Positions 1-8,739 of a DNA stretch of 64,000 bases are shown here, piece by piece. Location of the stretch: IMG/VR virus record IMGVR_UViG_3300025141_000075, positions 931 to 64,930 of that record; one strand, 5' to 3'. The stretch's first letter is position 1. Each line of letters starts with the position of its first letter. Under the pieces are notes generated by a model. That model was not told where the DNA came from. It made no database searches and saw only the letters and a list, made by a program, of their open reading frames with translations. Both the position numbers and the translations under genes were made by a program. The stretch comes from a virus. Its lineage: Duplodnaviria > Caudoviricetes.

Positions 1-667
1 TGATTGAGTCGCTGGCACTTGAATCTGCAATAATAAACTCATCATCATTTGACGGGCCGCCGCTCTTGTTTGTGGTTTTGGACGCATCCACTTGCAGCGT
101 TTGTCCAGTGAAAGCAAGTCCGCCATTTGAAGCTGTAAGGACTCTAACACCTTCTGTATCAACTGTTATGCCCTGACCTCCCGTAACTTCAAGTTGCGAG
201 TTATCCATGCTGCTAGATATGCCAATGCCTTGTACAAGATATGAAGCTGACAATCTATTTGCCATTCCGTCATAATCCGTAACAGCAAGATGATCGGGGT
301 TCAAAATAATGCCAGTTAAACCATGAGCAGAACCAGAGAAAGTTGAGCCGGTTATGTGACCTGTTGTAGATAAATAAGTAGTGGTATTGCCGGCGTCGAC
401 TGTAACTGTCACGGTTGATTCTGCCGATAACGTACCATCACCGTCGGAGGTTAAAACTCGGTTGGCGCCGTCGCTACCAATCAAAGATTTTAATGCCCTG
501 ACCTCGCCGCCGGCTGTAGTATCCCAAAAAGCACTGGCAGATAAAGTGCTACTGAATGTTTTTACTCCACCAACTGTCTGGTTCCTCCATATATCAACCA
601 AACTTTCAACAGAACCTGTTGATGAATTCGAGAATTCAACCCTTCCTTTAATAATATTATAAGCCAT
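1..667 (-). CDS. Fibre-like virion protein, partial (runs off the left edge)
   Basis: Not in the ORF track; translated by hand from ATG at 667: MAYNIIKGRVEFSNSSTGSVESLVD...NRVLTSDGDGTLSAES..., open to position 1. GAGGAAGG RBS upstream. N-terminus resembles MGYNVLSG (2650..3438); Gly/Ser/Thr-rich. Confidence 0.75.
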   Translation of the reverse strand, partial: MAYNIIKGRVEFSNSSTGSVESLVDIWRNQTVGGVKTFSSTLSASAFWDTTAGGEVRALKSLIGSDGANRVLTSDGDGTLSAESTVTVTVDAGNTTTYLSTTGHITGSTFSGSAHGLTGIILNPDHLAVTDYDGMANRLSASYLVQGIGISSSMDNSQLEVTGGQGITVDTEGVRVLTASNGGLAFTGQTLQVDASKTTNKSGGPSNDDEFIIADSSASDSI

Positions 668-686
668 TATTTTTCCTTCCTCGTAT

Positions 687-694
687 TAAATAGT
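687..694 (-). promoter_or_regulatory. ACTATTTA putative late promoter
   Basis: Recurrent motif 19 nt upstream of the ATG at 667, directly after a terminator. Confidence 0.55.
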
Positions 695-697
695 ACG

Positions 698-736
698 AAA
701 AAAAGGATGCCCCCCATTCGGGGGACATCCAAAAAA
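698..736 (-). terminator. Rho-independent terminator (possibly bidirectional)
   Basis: Minus strand GGATGTCCCCC-GAAT-GGGGGGCATCC followed by T7; T/A runs on both sides; just downstream of 759..2540. Confidence 0.85.
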
Positions 737-758
737 GAAATTGTGAAACAACTTCGGC

Positions 759-2540
759 CTAGTAGATTACCCATTTAGCATCAGACTCCGCCCAAATCAG
801 CGAAATAGCGCCATGTGGGGACTCAATTACTGCTTGTGAGAATCCATCGATTTCATTCTTATTGAGTGAAGACGAAATCTTGACATAGTTAGTTGAACTA
901 ACTCCAGCGGCAGTTTTAACAACAATGATATCGCCGGCAGAACCAGAAGGAAGCGCAAAGTTACAGGAACCGGTTGCATCAGATGTCATGTAGTTAATGC
1001 CAGCAGTGAGCACAGCATTACCGTAGTTAGCCAACGGAATATGAGTAGAAGTCATACTGTCACCACCAGTGGTATCAACAGAAAGAACACCGTCAGTAGC
1101 AGTAATACCAGTACCAGCTAATACATCGGCGTAAACTTTGAAGTCTGTTGTTTTCATCTCGCCCGAATCAATATCGTAGAAAGCAAGTCTAGACTTGTCC
1201 GCAGCAACATTACCAACAGTGATACTTTCTTCAGCGAAAGCAGCACCAGAGACATGTACAGGTCCGGTCATAAGTACTTGACTGTCAGAAACATACAAGC
1301 GATTGTTACCAAACGCAACTGTTCCAGCCAAAGTAAGGCCACCAGAACCACTCATATCACCAATAAGCACCGGAGCAGTAATACGATCCAATGTTGCGTT
1401 TGCTAAAGTAGCAGTAGCGGATGATGAAAGAAGACCAACAGCCGAAACAGTTGTTTGGTTTTCAAGGCCAAAGCTAGATACACCAGCAACATCAAGAGTG
1501 CTTGAAGCTGAGAGAGTAGTGAATTTACCGGATGTTTGCGAAGAAGCACCGATAGTTGCAGCGTCAATTGCACCACCGTTAATATCGACCGTCTGAGCGA
1601 TAAGAGCATCAGTAGTCACTCCATAAAGAGTGGAGATACCCGAGCCAGAAAGAACACCAGCAGCAGAGATGCTAGCGAGTGCGCCGGGCCCGAACGAAGA
1701 TACACCCTCAACACTCATAGTGCTTGAAGCTGACAATGTGGTTGCCTTAAGAGCACCAGCAACGGTAGCTGTATTAGCAGTCAATGTTAATAAGTCAAGA
1801 TCACCAGTGACACCGATTACCCCTGTTCCACCAGCGTCAAGTACGAGACTTAAACCACCAAGCGTGTTCGAAGCGGAAAGAGAAGTAGCAGCAACAACAG
1901 CTTCAGTAGAAACTGTGAATTTACCGTTACCAGCAGTAACGATACCAGCAGCTTGAAGCGTGCCAGAACCAGAAATGTTGGTTCCAGTAACCGTTGTGAA
2001 AGTACCAGCAGCGGCTGAATTGCCACCGATTACAGCACCATCAACAGTACCACCGTTAATGTCAGCAGAGCCGACAGTGATTTGATCTAAAGTAGCATTT
2101 GCCAAAGTAGCAGTTGCAGAACCTGAAAGAAGACCGACACCTGAAACCGTTAACTGGTTTTCAGTACCGAAGCGCACAGCACCCGGAAGATCAACCTGAC
2201 CAGAAGCTGAAAGAGCACCATTCACACTAACCGAGTTAGCAGCAAGCTGAAAAAGATCAGCATCATCTGATGTACCGATTTTACCGGTTGCATCAAGCAA
2301 TATATTGCCACCAGCAAGAGCCAATGAAGCAGATAACTCGCCAGCGACGGCGACTTTATCAGCAGTAAGTGTCATGAGATCAGCGTCGGCGCTGGTACCG
2401 ATGACACCTGCGGCATCAAGAATAAGTTCTTTACCAGAAAGTCTCCCTGAGCCTGAGATTGTGGACTGACCAATTAACGATTCTTCAAAAGTTGTTGAAC
2501 CGCTAAGTTTGGTAGTTCCAAATTGAAATTTATAAGCCAT
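759..2540 (-). CDS. Repetitive fibre/decoration virion protein
   Basis: 593 aa, G/S/T/A-rich. Internal repeats LxLDAxGxIGxxxDxDL (x3), DINGGxxDxxxIG (x2) and FGxENQxTVSxVGLLSxSATATLANATLD (x2). C-terminal LP..G...IVK...IDG...W domain. GGAGG RBS. Confidence 0.75.
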   Translation of the reverse strand: MAYKFQFGTTKLSGSTTFEESLIGQSTISGSGRLSGKELILDAAGVIGTSADADLMTLTADKVAVAGELSASLALAGGNILLDATGKIGTSDDADLFQLAANSVSVNGALSASGQVDLPGAVRFGTENQLTVSGVGLLSGSATATLANATLDQITVGSADINGGTVDGAVIGGNSAAAGTFTTVTGTNISGSGTLQAAGIVTAGNGKFTVSTEAVVAATSLSASNTLGGLSLVLDAGGTGVIGVTGDLDLLTLTANTATVAGALKATTLSASSTMSVEGVSSFGPGALASISAAGVLSGSGISTLYGVTTDALIAQTVDINGGAIDAATIGASSQTSGKFTTLSASSTLDVAGVSSFGLENQTTVSAVGLLSSSATATLANATLDRITAPVLIGDMSGSGGLTLAGTVAFGNNRLYVSDSQVLMTGPVHVSGAAFAEESITVGNVAADKSRLAFYDIDSGEMKTTDFKVYADVLAGTGITATDGVLSVDTTGGDSMTSTHIPLANYGNAVLTAGINYMTSDATGSCNFALPSGSAGDIIVVKTAAGVSSTNYVKISSSLNKNEIDGFSQAVIESPHGAISLIWAESDAKWVIY

Positions 2541-2649
2541 TTATAAAACCCTCCATTAATTTAGTTTTTATAAAATGATAAGCAGCCATAGATATGACCT
2601 AAATCATAAATACAAGTCGCCCATCGCTCATAAATAGGGCTGTTGATGG

Positions 2650-3438
2650 TTAGTAAACATAGTACTTGCTGACTCCATTGCAATAAAGTGAGAAAGAAGA
2701 GTAAGCAGACTCTAATACTAGTGAATTTTCGCCGTCAATAGTTTGTGATCCAGAGGCCAAAATTGTTATATTATTGGTGCCTGCGTTACCTCCCTCATCC
2801 TTTACAATGTAGGTGTGACCATCTGTTAACACTGCCGCATCTGGTAATCTTAGTTCAACTGCAGCGGCAGTAGAATCCATTCCAATGTAATAATCGTCCA
2901 CTGATGCGGTCATAGTGGCGGCTGAAGTTTTGTGGTGAAGTACAACCGCGCCTGATATATGTAAACGCCCACCAACAAAACCTGAAGCAGAAACGTTCAA
3001 ACTAGCAGACATTGCACCGCTTAATGCTATAGCATGGTCAGGGGCAGTATTACCTCCGATTGCTATACTACTTGTGGTAAAAGCGGTATCAGCGGCTAGC
3101 TCTGTGAATATACCTCCGCCAGTACCGCCGCCGCCGCCACTAATCCCAGTGAGTTTTGAGCCGTCGCCGTAAAAGGCAGACGCAGATATATTAATACTGG
3201 CGCTAACATCCCCAGTGATCGTCAACGTATTACCATTAAAGGTTAAATTTGACTCACCTGTAAGCTTATAGGAATCGGTACCGATCGTCGTTAAATTATA
3301 ACGATCGGGCCCGGAAGTAATCTTTAGAACATGTTCAAGTTCTTTGCCATCACCAACGAAAGCACTAGATGAAACTTGACCATCTGCTAATAATTGACCG
3401 GGAAGCAGTACGTTTCCCGATAAGACATTATATCCCAT
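2650..3438 (-). CDS. Fibre-like virion protein
   Basis: GESNLTFNG and ISASAFYGDGSKLTGI fibre motifs; C-terminal LPDA...YIVKDEGG...TIDG domain shared with neighbours. Confidence 0.75.
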   Translation of the reverse strand: MGYNVLSGNVLLPGQLLADGQVSSSAFVGDGKELEHVLKITSGPDRYNLTTIGTDSYKLTGESNLTFNGNTLTITGDVSASINISASAFYGDGSKLTGISGGGGGTGGGIFTELAADTAFTTSSIAIGGNTAPDHAIALSGAMSASLNVSASGFVGGRLHISGAVVLHHKTSAATMTASVDDYYIGMDSTAAAVELRLPDAAVLTDGHTYIVKDEGGNAGTNNITILASGSQTIDGENSLVLESAYSSFSLYCNGVSKYYVY

Positions 3439-3480
3439 CTACATCAGCCCTCTAATATAATTATACAATTACAATTATAA

Positions 3481-4212
3481 TTAGAAGACAAACCAGTTAG
3501 AACCATTAGAATAAACAGATATTGCCGTCATAGTACCAGTCATTTCGTAATATGGTTCTCCATCGATGGTTTCACCATCAGTGCCAGAGAGTATAATAGC
3601 GCCGGGAACACCATCAATCGGCATGCGTTCACCTGTGAATTCATCCTTGATCACTATTATAGAGCCTGTGGTGCTGTAGCCCGCAGATCCTGACGCAGAG
3701 TGTAACCTTATCTCCACTGGGCACTGACCTTTTACACCTATGAGGTAGTCACTGATAGATGACGATTGATACTTAATGACACCTGCGGCGCCGGAGACAT
3801 TGGTATACTTATGTTTGACACCACCATAAAGTGAAATTGCTACGTTATCTACATCAGCGTCAAGAATGACAGAGCCTGCAGCCTTACCTACAATGAGACT
3901 ACCAGTTCTAAAATGGTTGTCGTCGTTAGTGTTGCCAAATCTTGTTGAGCCACTAGAATCAATTCTGGTTATATCTTCAAAGTGATAGCTACTTGCGGAG
4001 ATTGCACCAGAGATAAAAAATGTTCCGGTTAGGATGAGGCTGCTTGTTGTACCACCGGCGCCGGGAACTGACCCGTTGTAGTTGTACATGAAATAGTTCG
4101 AACCAGACATGGAGTTGTTCCCTGTCAGGAACATGACTGATCCGGTCACACCATCCACGTTGGTGTGACGAATGTCGTCGCAGTTTACATATGCCCATCC
4201 AAATCTTGACAT
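3481..4212 (-). CDS. Fibre-like virion protein
   Basis: SGSTRFGNTNDDNHFRTGS motif; C-terminal VIKDE...ETIDG...SNGSNWFVF domain paralogous to neighbours. Confidence 0.7.
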   Translation of the reverse strand: MSRFGWAYVNCDDIRHTNVDGVTGSVMFLTGNNSMSGSNYFMYNYNGSVPGAGGTTSSLILTGTFFISGAISASSYHFEDITRIDSSGSTRFGNTNDDNHFRTGSLIVGKAAGSVILDADVDNVAISLYGGVKHKYTNVSGAAGVIKYQSSSISDYLIGVKGQCPVEIRLHSASGSAGYSTTGSIIVIKDEFTGERMPIDGVPGAIILSGTDGETIDGEPYYEMTGTMTAISVYSNGSNWFVF

Positions 4213-4215
4213 AGT

Positions 4216-4683
4216 TTAACCAACCCCGTTATAGGAACCTGACCAGCTAATACCGTTTGAATCCAAATGCCACTGGTCTTTAGAACCTGTATTGAAGTTG
4301 ACTTTGTCGGCATGAATGCTGGTGAGTCCTGCGACAACTGAGACACCCTCATCGCCCCCGGTGCGTCCGGTGTCGCTGCCACCCTTAAGGTAGATACGAT
4401 TTACTTTTACTTCAAGACGATCACTTTGGGAGCCGCTGGGGATAGTAAAGTAATTGTTGTTATCAACAACAAACGCGTTCGGGCCAAAACCAACTTTCAC
4501 CGATGCAGAAGTACTATTTATAACTTGTACCCATCTAGTAACATATGGGAAATTGATAACTGCTTGACCACCACCGAGCGAGTCTATGCCGCCCGAAGCG
4601 AATGGGCGGCCGCTAGTTTGAAAAGCAGGAACGTGATTGATTCCTACTCGCATTTGCCACGATGGGTCTTTCCAGTTTGACAT
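4216..4683 (-). CDS. Hypothetical, probably virion protein
   Basis: 155 aa, beta-rich; GGAG RBS; preceded by ACTATTTA. Confidence 0.6.
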   Translation of the reverse strand: MSNWKDPSWQMRVGINHVPAFQTSGRPFASGGIDSLGGGQAVINFPYVTRWVQVINSTSASVKVGFGPNAFVVDNNNYFTIPSGSQSDRLEVKVNRIYLKGGSDTGRTGGDEGVSVVAGLTSIHADKVNFNTGSKDQWHLDSNGISWSGSYNGVG

Positions 4684-4714
4684 ATTAAATCTCCAAAATT
4701 TGTATCATTCGTAG

Positions 4715-4722
4715 TAAATAGT
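4715..4722 (-). promoter_or_regulatory. ACTATTTA putative late promoter
   Basis: 31 nt upstream of the ATG at 4683. Confidence 0.55.
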
Positions 4723-4724
4723 CT

Positions 4725-4961
4725 CTAATTTTTTCTACGACGTTTTTCTAACAGTCTCTTTTGCTTAAGTTCCTGTCTTTTTCTCTCCCTTTCTGCTCTC
4801 GCTCGTTTCTCACGTTTTTTTTCAGAAGGTTTTTTATAGTGTCTGCGGTCCTTTACCTCTTCAATGATCCTTTCTTTTTTACATTTTTTAATAAAACGCC
4901 TAATCATTCTTTCGTGATTACCGCGACACTCTTTCGAGTGAACTACTACATTACTACCCAT
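4725..4961 (-). CDS. rpsU: Ribosomal protein bS21 (phage-encoded)
   Basis: ERMIRRFIKKC...EVKDRRHYKKPSEKKR matches the S21 pattern (LRRFKK...R.HY.KPS..R); 78 aa, very basic. Confidence 0.9.
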   Translation of the reverse strand: MGSNVVVHSKECRGNHERMIRRFIKKCKKERIIEEVKDRRHYKKPSEKKREKRARAERERKRQELKQKRLLEKRRRKN

Positions 4962-4962
4962 T

Positions 4963-5391
4963 TTATTTCCTATTCATTTGTTTCCAGATTTGTGAAGCGC
5001 CGCCCATAAGAGAGGTGATATCAACTCCAGAACTGCTAGGATCTCCTAAATCAACCGCGCCGGCGTGAGCTTCTTGCTGCGCAGGAGTGGGTGTTGTCCC
5101 TTCAAATAGATCGACACCGTTGTAAGCGTCTGCGCTCACAGCTTCTAGTAACTTCTTTCTATGCTCTTGGAGCTTCAAGCGACCTTCTTTTTGACTTCGC
5201 TTCATTTGCAAGTCTTCATTAAATAGGTGCTCTTCTTGTTTTTTGTTCTCAACAACAACGTTACCTCGTGTTTGCATACCTTTGGCGACTTCCGAAACAA
5301 CATTAGACAAGACGCCCTCTTCTATAAGAACTTCGTGAATACATTCTTTCACCAATGGTTTGATTAATCTTTTTAAGTCAGCTTTTTTCAT
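4963..5391 (-). CDS. Hypothetical head-module protein with LKxLIK..E leader
   Basis: MKKADLKRLIKPLVKECIHEVLIEE; ATGA overlap with the upstream gene. Confidence 0.7.
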   Translation of the reverse strand: MKKADLKRLIKPLVKECIHEVLIEEGVLSNVVSEVAKGMQTRGNVVVENKKQEEHLFNEDLQMKRSQKEGRLKLQEHRKKLLEAVSADAYNGVDLFEGTTPTPAQQEAHAGAVDLGDPSSSGVDITSLMGGASQIWKQMNRK

Positions 5392-7169
5392 AATATCCTC
5401 TTATTAATTCCTGCTAAAGTTTGCCAGCGATCAAGTGTTTCCTGAAGATTTTTCTCGTCTTTGGGCTTTCTTCTTGTTTGAAATACTTTTTTAAATTCTT
5501 TTACATACATTTTCAAATATTTTTGAGATATAGGGGTTACATTTTTTGTTAGAACCAAGCCTGCGATATCGCTACTCGCTTTGGTGGAGAAGTGGGCTTT
5601 CGCTCGGTTAAAAAAGTTTTTTACATTCGCGGGTACAGTAAGACCGTACATGTATTGTCGTGGGGATAATTCGTAGGTGCCATTCATGAATGGACGATCA
5701 TCTGTTGTTTTGACCCATCTGGGTTTTACGCCCTTATCGCCAGTTTCCCTATCTTCAATAGACAACCCTCCCCCTCGTTCGATCAGGTCTTCTAGATATT
5801 CTAGTTGTTTTCTAGCATACTTATAATTGGTCTCCGCGGCGGCGTCGGACGCGAGTACAGTCACAAAAGAACTAAGAGCGTTTTCGGGCGTCGGATTTTT
5901 TATCCACCGCTCGTTAAACCCATCCCATCCTTGGCCTTCGTACTCGCCTTTCTCGGGCGTGGGCTGCGGCGTGGGCTGCGGCGTGGGCTGTGCTTCCGGA
6001 GCAGGGGCATTTGGGCCCGGTTCGGGAAGATCTGTAGGATCTTGCAACTTAGAAGGGGGTTCACCAGTTTTTGAGGCTTGAGGCGGAAGCTCATCTGGGG
6101 GCAATCCAATATCTGTGTCAGGTTCTTTTGATGGAGCACTGAACTTGACCGTGTTCATTCTGGCCCACTTGTTTAAAGTCTTTTCTAGTTTTTGTTGAGC
6201 CTTGGGTTCTAGTTGAAAAGAACTCACAAGATCATTTAAATCTCTCACCGTATTTGGCGAGAAAGTACGTGGCTCTCTATCTGGACCCCCAAGCGCTTCC
6301 AACACAACGTTGTCCTCTTCTGCTGCTTTTAACATTAGTAAAAGCAAGCGGCCCTTTTCATCTTTGGTTAAAAAATCAAGAGGCTTGAGCATGTTCAATA
6401 AAGAGTCCGGATATGCGTCACTGTTGATCCCGGCAATGATCTTGTCTTGATCATCCGGCTCATCGGACGCAGCCTTTGAAGCATCGGCTTGAGCTTTTCT
6501 TGCCGCTACCTCGTCAGGCGAAAGCTTTCTCCTCTCCGGGTCTACTTCTGGTTCGACGTCCGGTGCCATTTCTGCCGGCACTGGGGCTGTTTCTAATTCG
6601 GGCTCCTCAAGACCAAGAGTATCTAAATCAAAATCACCTAAATCAATCTGTGAAAGTTGCTCTTCGTCGGATATGCCTAGGTCTTGGAAATCCAATTCTG
6701 GTATGGCTTCAACGGCTATAGGTATATCAATCTCTTTTCCAAGTCGTTTTTCAACAGCGCCAATAAGAGTTTGTACCCACAGGTTTCCTAGTTCTAATTC
6801 AAAGGAAGATGGTGGGCGCCCGAAATCGTCGCCACCGGTGTTCATGCCAAGGTCATTTGAATTGAACAAATCAATAAATTCTTCTGTGCCCACTGAGACT
6901 GGAACCATTTGTGGGTCTCCGTTTTTGAAAAAATACAACCACTGTGGGGTTATATCCGCTGGCGCCAGAGATAGTCTTTTATAAAAAATTAAATCCTCGG
7001 GATCCCGATCCGCGACGGCCGCCGCGGTGGCCCAGTCCATAACGCGCTGATCTATCCGTTTTTTGATCTCTCTTGGAACATTATTGGTCGGAGATCCCGG
7101 CTTAAAATCATATTTAGCTTCACTTAAGTGACGGTGCCAACCTTCATGTATAACTTTGTAGTCACTCAC
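5388..7169 (-). CDS. Acidic/Pro-rich hypothetical protein, candidate internal head protein
   Basis: 593 aa; leader MSDYKVIHEGWHRHLSE; ends LQETLDRWQTLAGI; immediately downstream of the prohead protease. Confidence 0.7.
   Translation of the reverse strand: MSDYKVIHEGWHRHLSEAKYDFKPGSPTNNVPREIKKRIDQRVMDWATAAAVADRDPEDLIFYKRLSLAPADITPQWLYFFKNGDPQMVPVSVGTEEFIDLFNSNDLGMNTGGDDFGRPPSSFELELGNLWVQTLIGAVEKRLGKEIDIPIAVEAIPELDFQDLGISDEEQLSQIDLGDFDLDTLGLEEPELETAPVPAEMAPDVEPEVDPERRKLSPDEVAARKAQADASKAASDEPDDQDKIIAGINSDAYPDSLLNMLKPLDFLTKDEKGRLLLLMLKAAEEDNVVLEALGGPDREPRTFSPNTVRDLNDLVSSFQLEPKAQQKLEKTLNKWARMNTVKFSAPSKEPDTDIGLPPDELPPQASKTGEPPSKLQDPTDLPEPGPNAPAPEAQPTPQPTPQPTPEKGEYEGQGWDGFNERWIKNPTPENALSSFVTVLASDAAAETNYKYARKQLEYLEDLIERGGGLSIEDRETGDKGVKPRWVKTTDDRPFMNGTYELSPRQYMYGLTVPANVKNFFNRAKAHFSTKASSDIAGLVLTKNVTPISQKYLKMYVKEFKKVFQTRRKPKDEKNLQETLDRWQTLAGINKRIL
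5956..5990. repeat. 12-bp tandem repeat, about 3 copies, encoding QPTP
   Basis: ggcgtgggctgc at 5956, 5968 and 5980 (last copy 11 of 12 nt). Confidence 0.9.
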
Positions 7170-7767
7170 AATCCAAAACCTCGTTTAACAATCTGTTAAT
7201 ACGGTCGGCTTTGGTGAACACTTGGTTGTTGTAATCTTTTGCTTCTTTCATCATGAAAGCATTGGGAGTTGAGGGCTCGGAAACAAAGTCAAAGCATATT
7301 AATTGAAAATCTTCTTGAACAACGGTCGTATCATTTGATTCGGAAACAGAGCCCATGCCGCGGCTAGAGATACCAAGTTTAACGCCACTTTCAACCAGAG
7401 ATTGCAAAACTTTTCCGGAAGGGGTATTGAGTACTTTTACCTTCCCCATAACTGTTTTTTCTTCCATCCATATAGCAGTAACCATATGAGAAGCATTTCT
7501 TAAGTTAATTACAGAATCATCTGGGTGGTCAAGCTCTCCTAGAGCACGATGCTCGTCAACAAGTTTTTGATAGTTCTTGACTTCACGCATCAAGACATTA
7601 TACGGATACATTCTGCGGTTTCCATTTATAACATCAGCCTCTTGCAATTTGCCGGTTAGCATAAGCCCACCTTCAGCAACAAACTTTTTTTCAGCTTCAG
7701 TTAAAAGGTCTTGGCAAACGCCACCCTCACAAAGCTCATAAAATTCTCTAAGTAGTTTCTTACCCAT
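7162..7767 (-). CDS. Prohead core protease (T4 gp21-like)
   Basis: NGNRRMYP, ALGELDHP, NASH, GISSRGMGS and FDFVSEPS are gp21-family motifs. Confidence 0.95.
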   Translation of the reverse strand: MGKKLLREFYELCEGGVCQDLLTEAEKKFVAEGGLMLTGKLQEADVINGNRRMYPYNVLMREVKNYQKLVDEHRALGELDHPDDSVINLRNASHMVTAIWMEEKTVMGKVKVLNTPSGKVLQSLVESGVKLGISSRGMGSVSESNDTTVVQEDFQLICFDFVSEPSTPNAFMMKEAKDYNNQVFTKADRINRLLNEVLDCE

Positions 7768-7769
7768 AG

Positions 7770-7859
7770 CTAAGATCCTTTGCAGCAGTGTCTAACTGGC
7801 TGAAGCATCCACTTTCTTGTCCAAGTGGCAGGACTGTTCATTTGCGTGTTTGTGTTCAT
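7770..7859 (-). CDS. Small overlapping ORF (29 aa)
   Basis: MNTNTQMNSPATWTRKWMLQPVRHCCKGS; GGAG 6 nt upstream of ATG; overlaps the 3' end of 7792..8157 in another frame and stops 2 nt before the protease ATG. Confidence 0.45.
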   Translation of the reverse strand: MNTNTQMNSPATWTRKWMLQPVRHCCKGS

Positions 7860-8157
7860 GTTTAACTCCATTATCTCCGAATACCATGTTCATTACATAA
7901 GATGTGCCAGATGATAACCAACCAAGAAGGAAAAAGTTTGCTACTGTAACATCATAGCTAAATAGTTCTGTGAACGGAGAAAGCAGCATTAAAAACCAGC
8001 CAACGTGAAATCCCATGCACATTGGACAGTGAAACGCCTTTCCATATCCACCTGCAGCATCTTTGGCTGGGCGCCATCTTTTTAAAAGTGGCAAGTCGCT
8101 ATACACTAAAATTTGTGTAAGCCCATAGGCAATAAGTATAAATGTTATTAATTCCAT
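7792..8157 (-). CDS. Small membrane protein (DUF1360-like)
   Basis: Hydrophobic segments flanking FHCPMCMGFHVG (CxxC). Confidence 0.65.
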   Translation of the reverse strand: MELITFILIAYGLTQILVYSDLPLLKRWRPAKDAAGGYGKAFHCPMCMGFHVGWFLMLLSPFTELFSYDVTVANFFLLGWLSSGTSYVMNMVFGDNGVKHEHKHANEQSCHLDKKVDASAS

Positions 8158-8726
8158 TATTGTCCTGTATTGGTTTTAGATGCGACGTTGCCGGTGCTGT
8201 CTTTTTTGGGGCCCAAGGCTTGTTTAGACAGCCATAGATTAACTACCTTATCCATATCCTCTATGGGCTCGTTTGGGGCAGTGTCGGCCATTTTTTCTAT
8301 TTTTGGCAGCATGTGGTTAACAAACGCATCTTCAAGTTTGTCGTCGATAAGATCTTCAAAACCATCATCCAAATTAAATAAAGCTAACACTGGATTATCT
8401 TTGGTTTTCTCATCAGATTCTCGGGCGAACAGCCGGAACATTTTGGTTATGGTCTCGGCGGCCGACAAGCCGCCGGCGGCAATGCCAAGGGCCGCACCGA
8501 GGCCACCTGTGGCAAGGGTGGCGGCAAGGGTGAGTCCAACGGTTCCTAATATTCCCAGTAGCACTTTTTTGCGTTCTGCCGTTACTTTGCCAGTGGCCAG
8601 CTCATCGGCGACTTCGATGGCGCCCTTTAGCTGGGCCCATGTTATTCCTTGGGCAGCTTTCTTTTCTATCTCAAGTTCAGTTATAAAACCTTCCCAGTTC
8701 TCCATTATGACTTTCATTTCAGACAT
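8157..8726 (-). CDS. Leader-bearing protein with glycine-rich hydrophobic segment
   Basis: Start reassigned to ATG 8726 (AAGGAA RBS, no overlap with upstream gene): MSEMKVIMENWEGFITE; contains LLGILGTVGLTLAATLATGGLGAALGIAAGG. Confidence 0.7.
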   Translation of the reverse strand: MSEMKVIMENWEGFITELEIEKKAAQGITWAQLKGAIEVADELATGKVTAERKKVLLGILGTVGLTLAATLATGGLGAALGIAAGGLSAAETITKMFRLFARESDEKTKDNPVLALFNLDDGFEDLIDDKLEDAFVNHMLPKIEKMADTAPNEPIEDMDKVVNLWLSKQALGPKKDSTGNVASKTNTGQ

Positions 8727-8739
8727 TAGACGTTCCTTA

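Noticed and set aside
5388-7169. 593-aa ORF after the protease as scaffold (gp22) or major capsid protein
   Set aside because: No gp23 motifs and no long coiled coil; the Pro-rich mosaic fits accessory cargo better. The capsid gene is probably outside the window.
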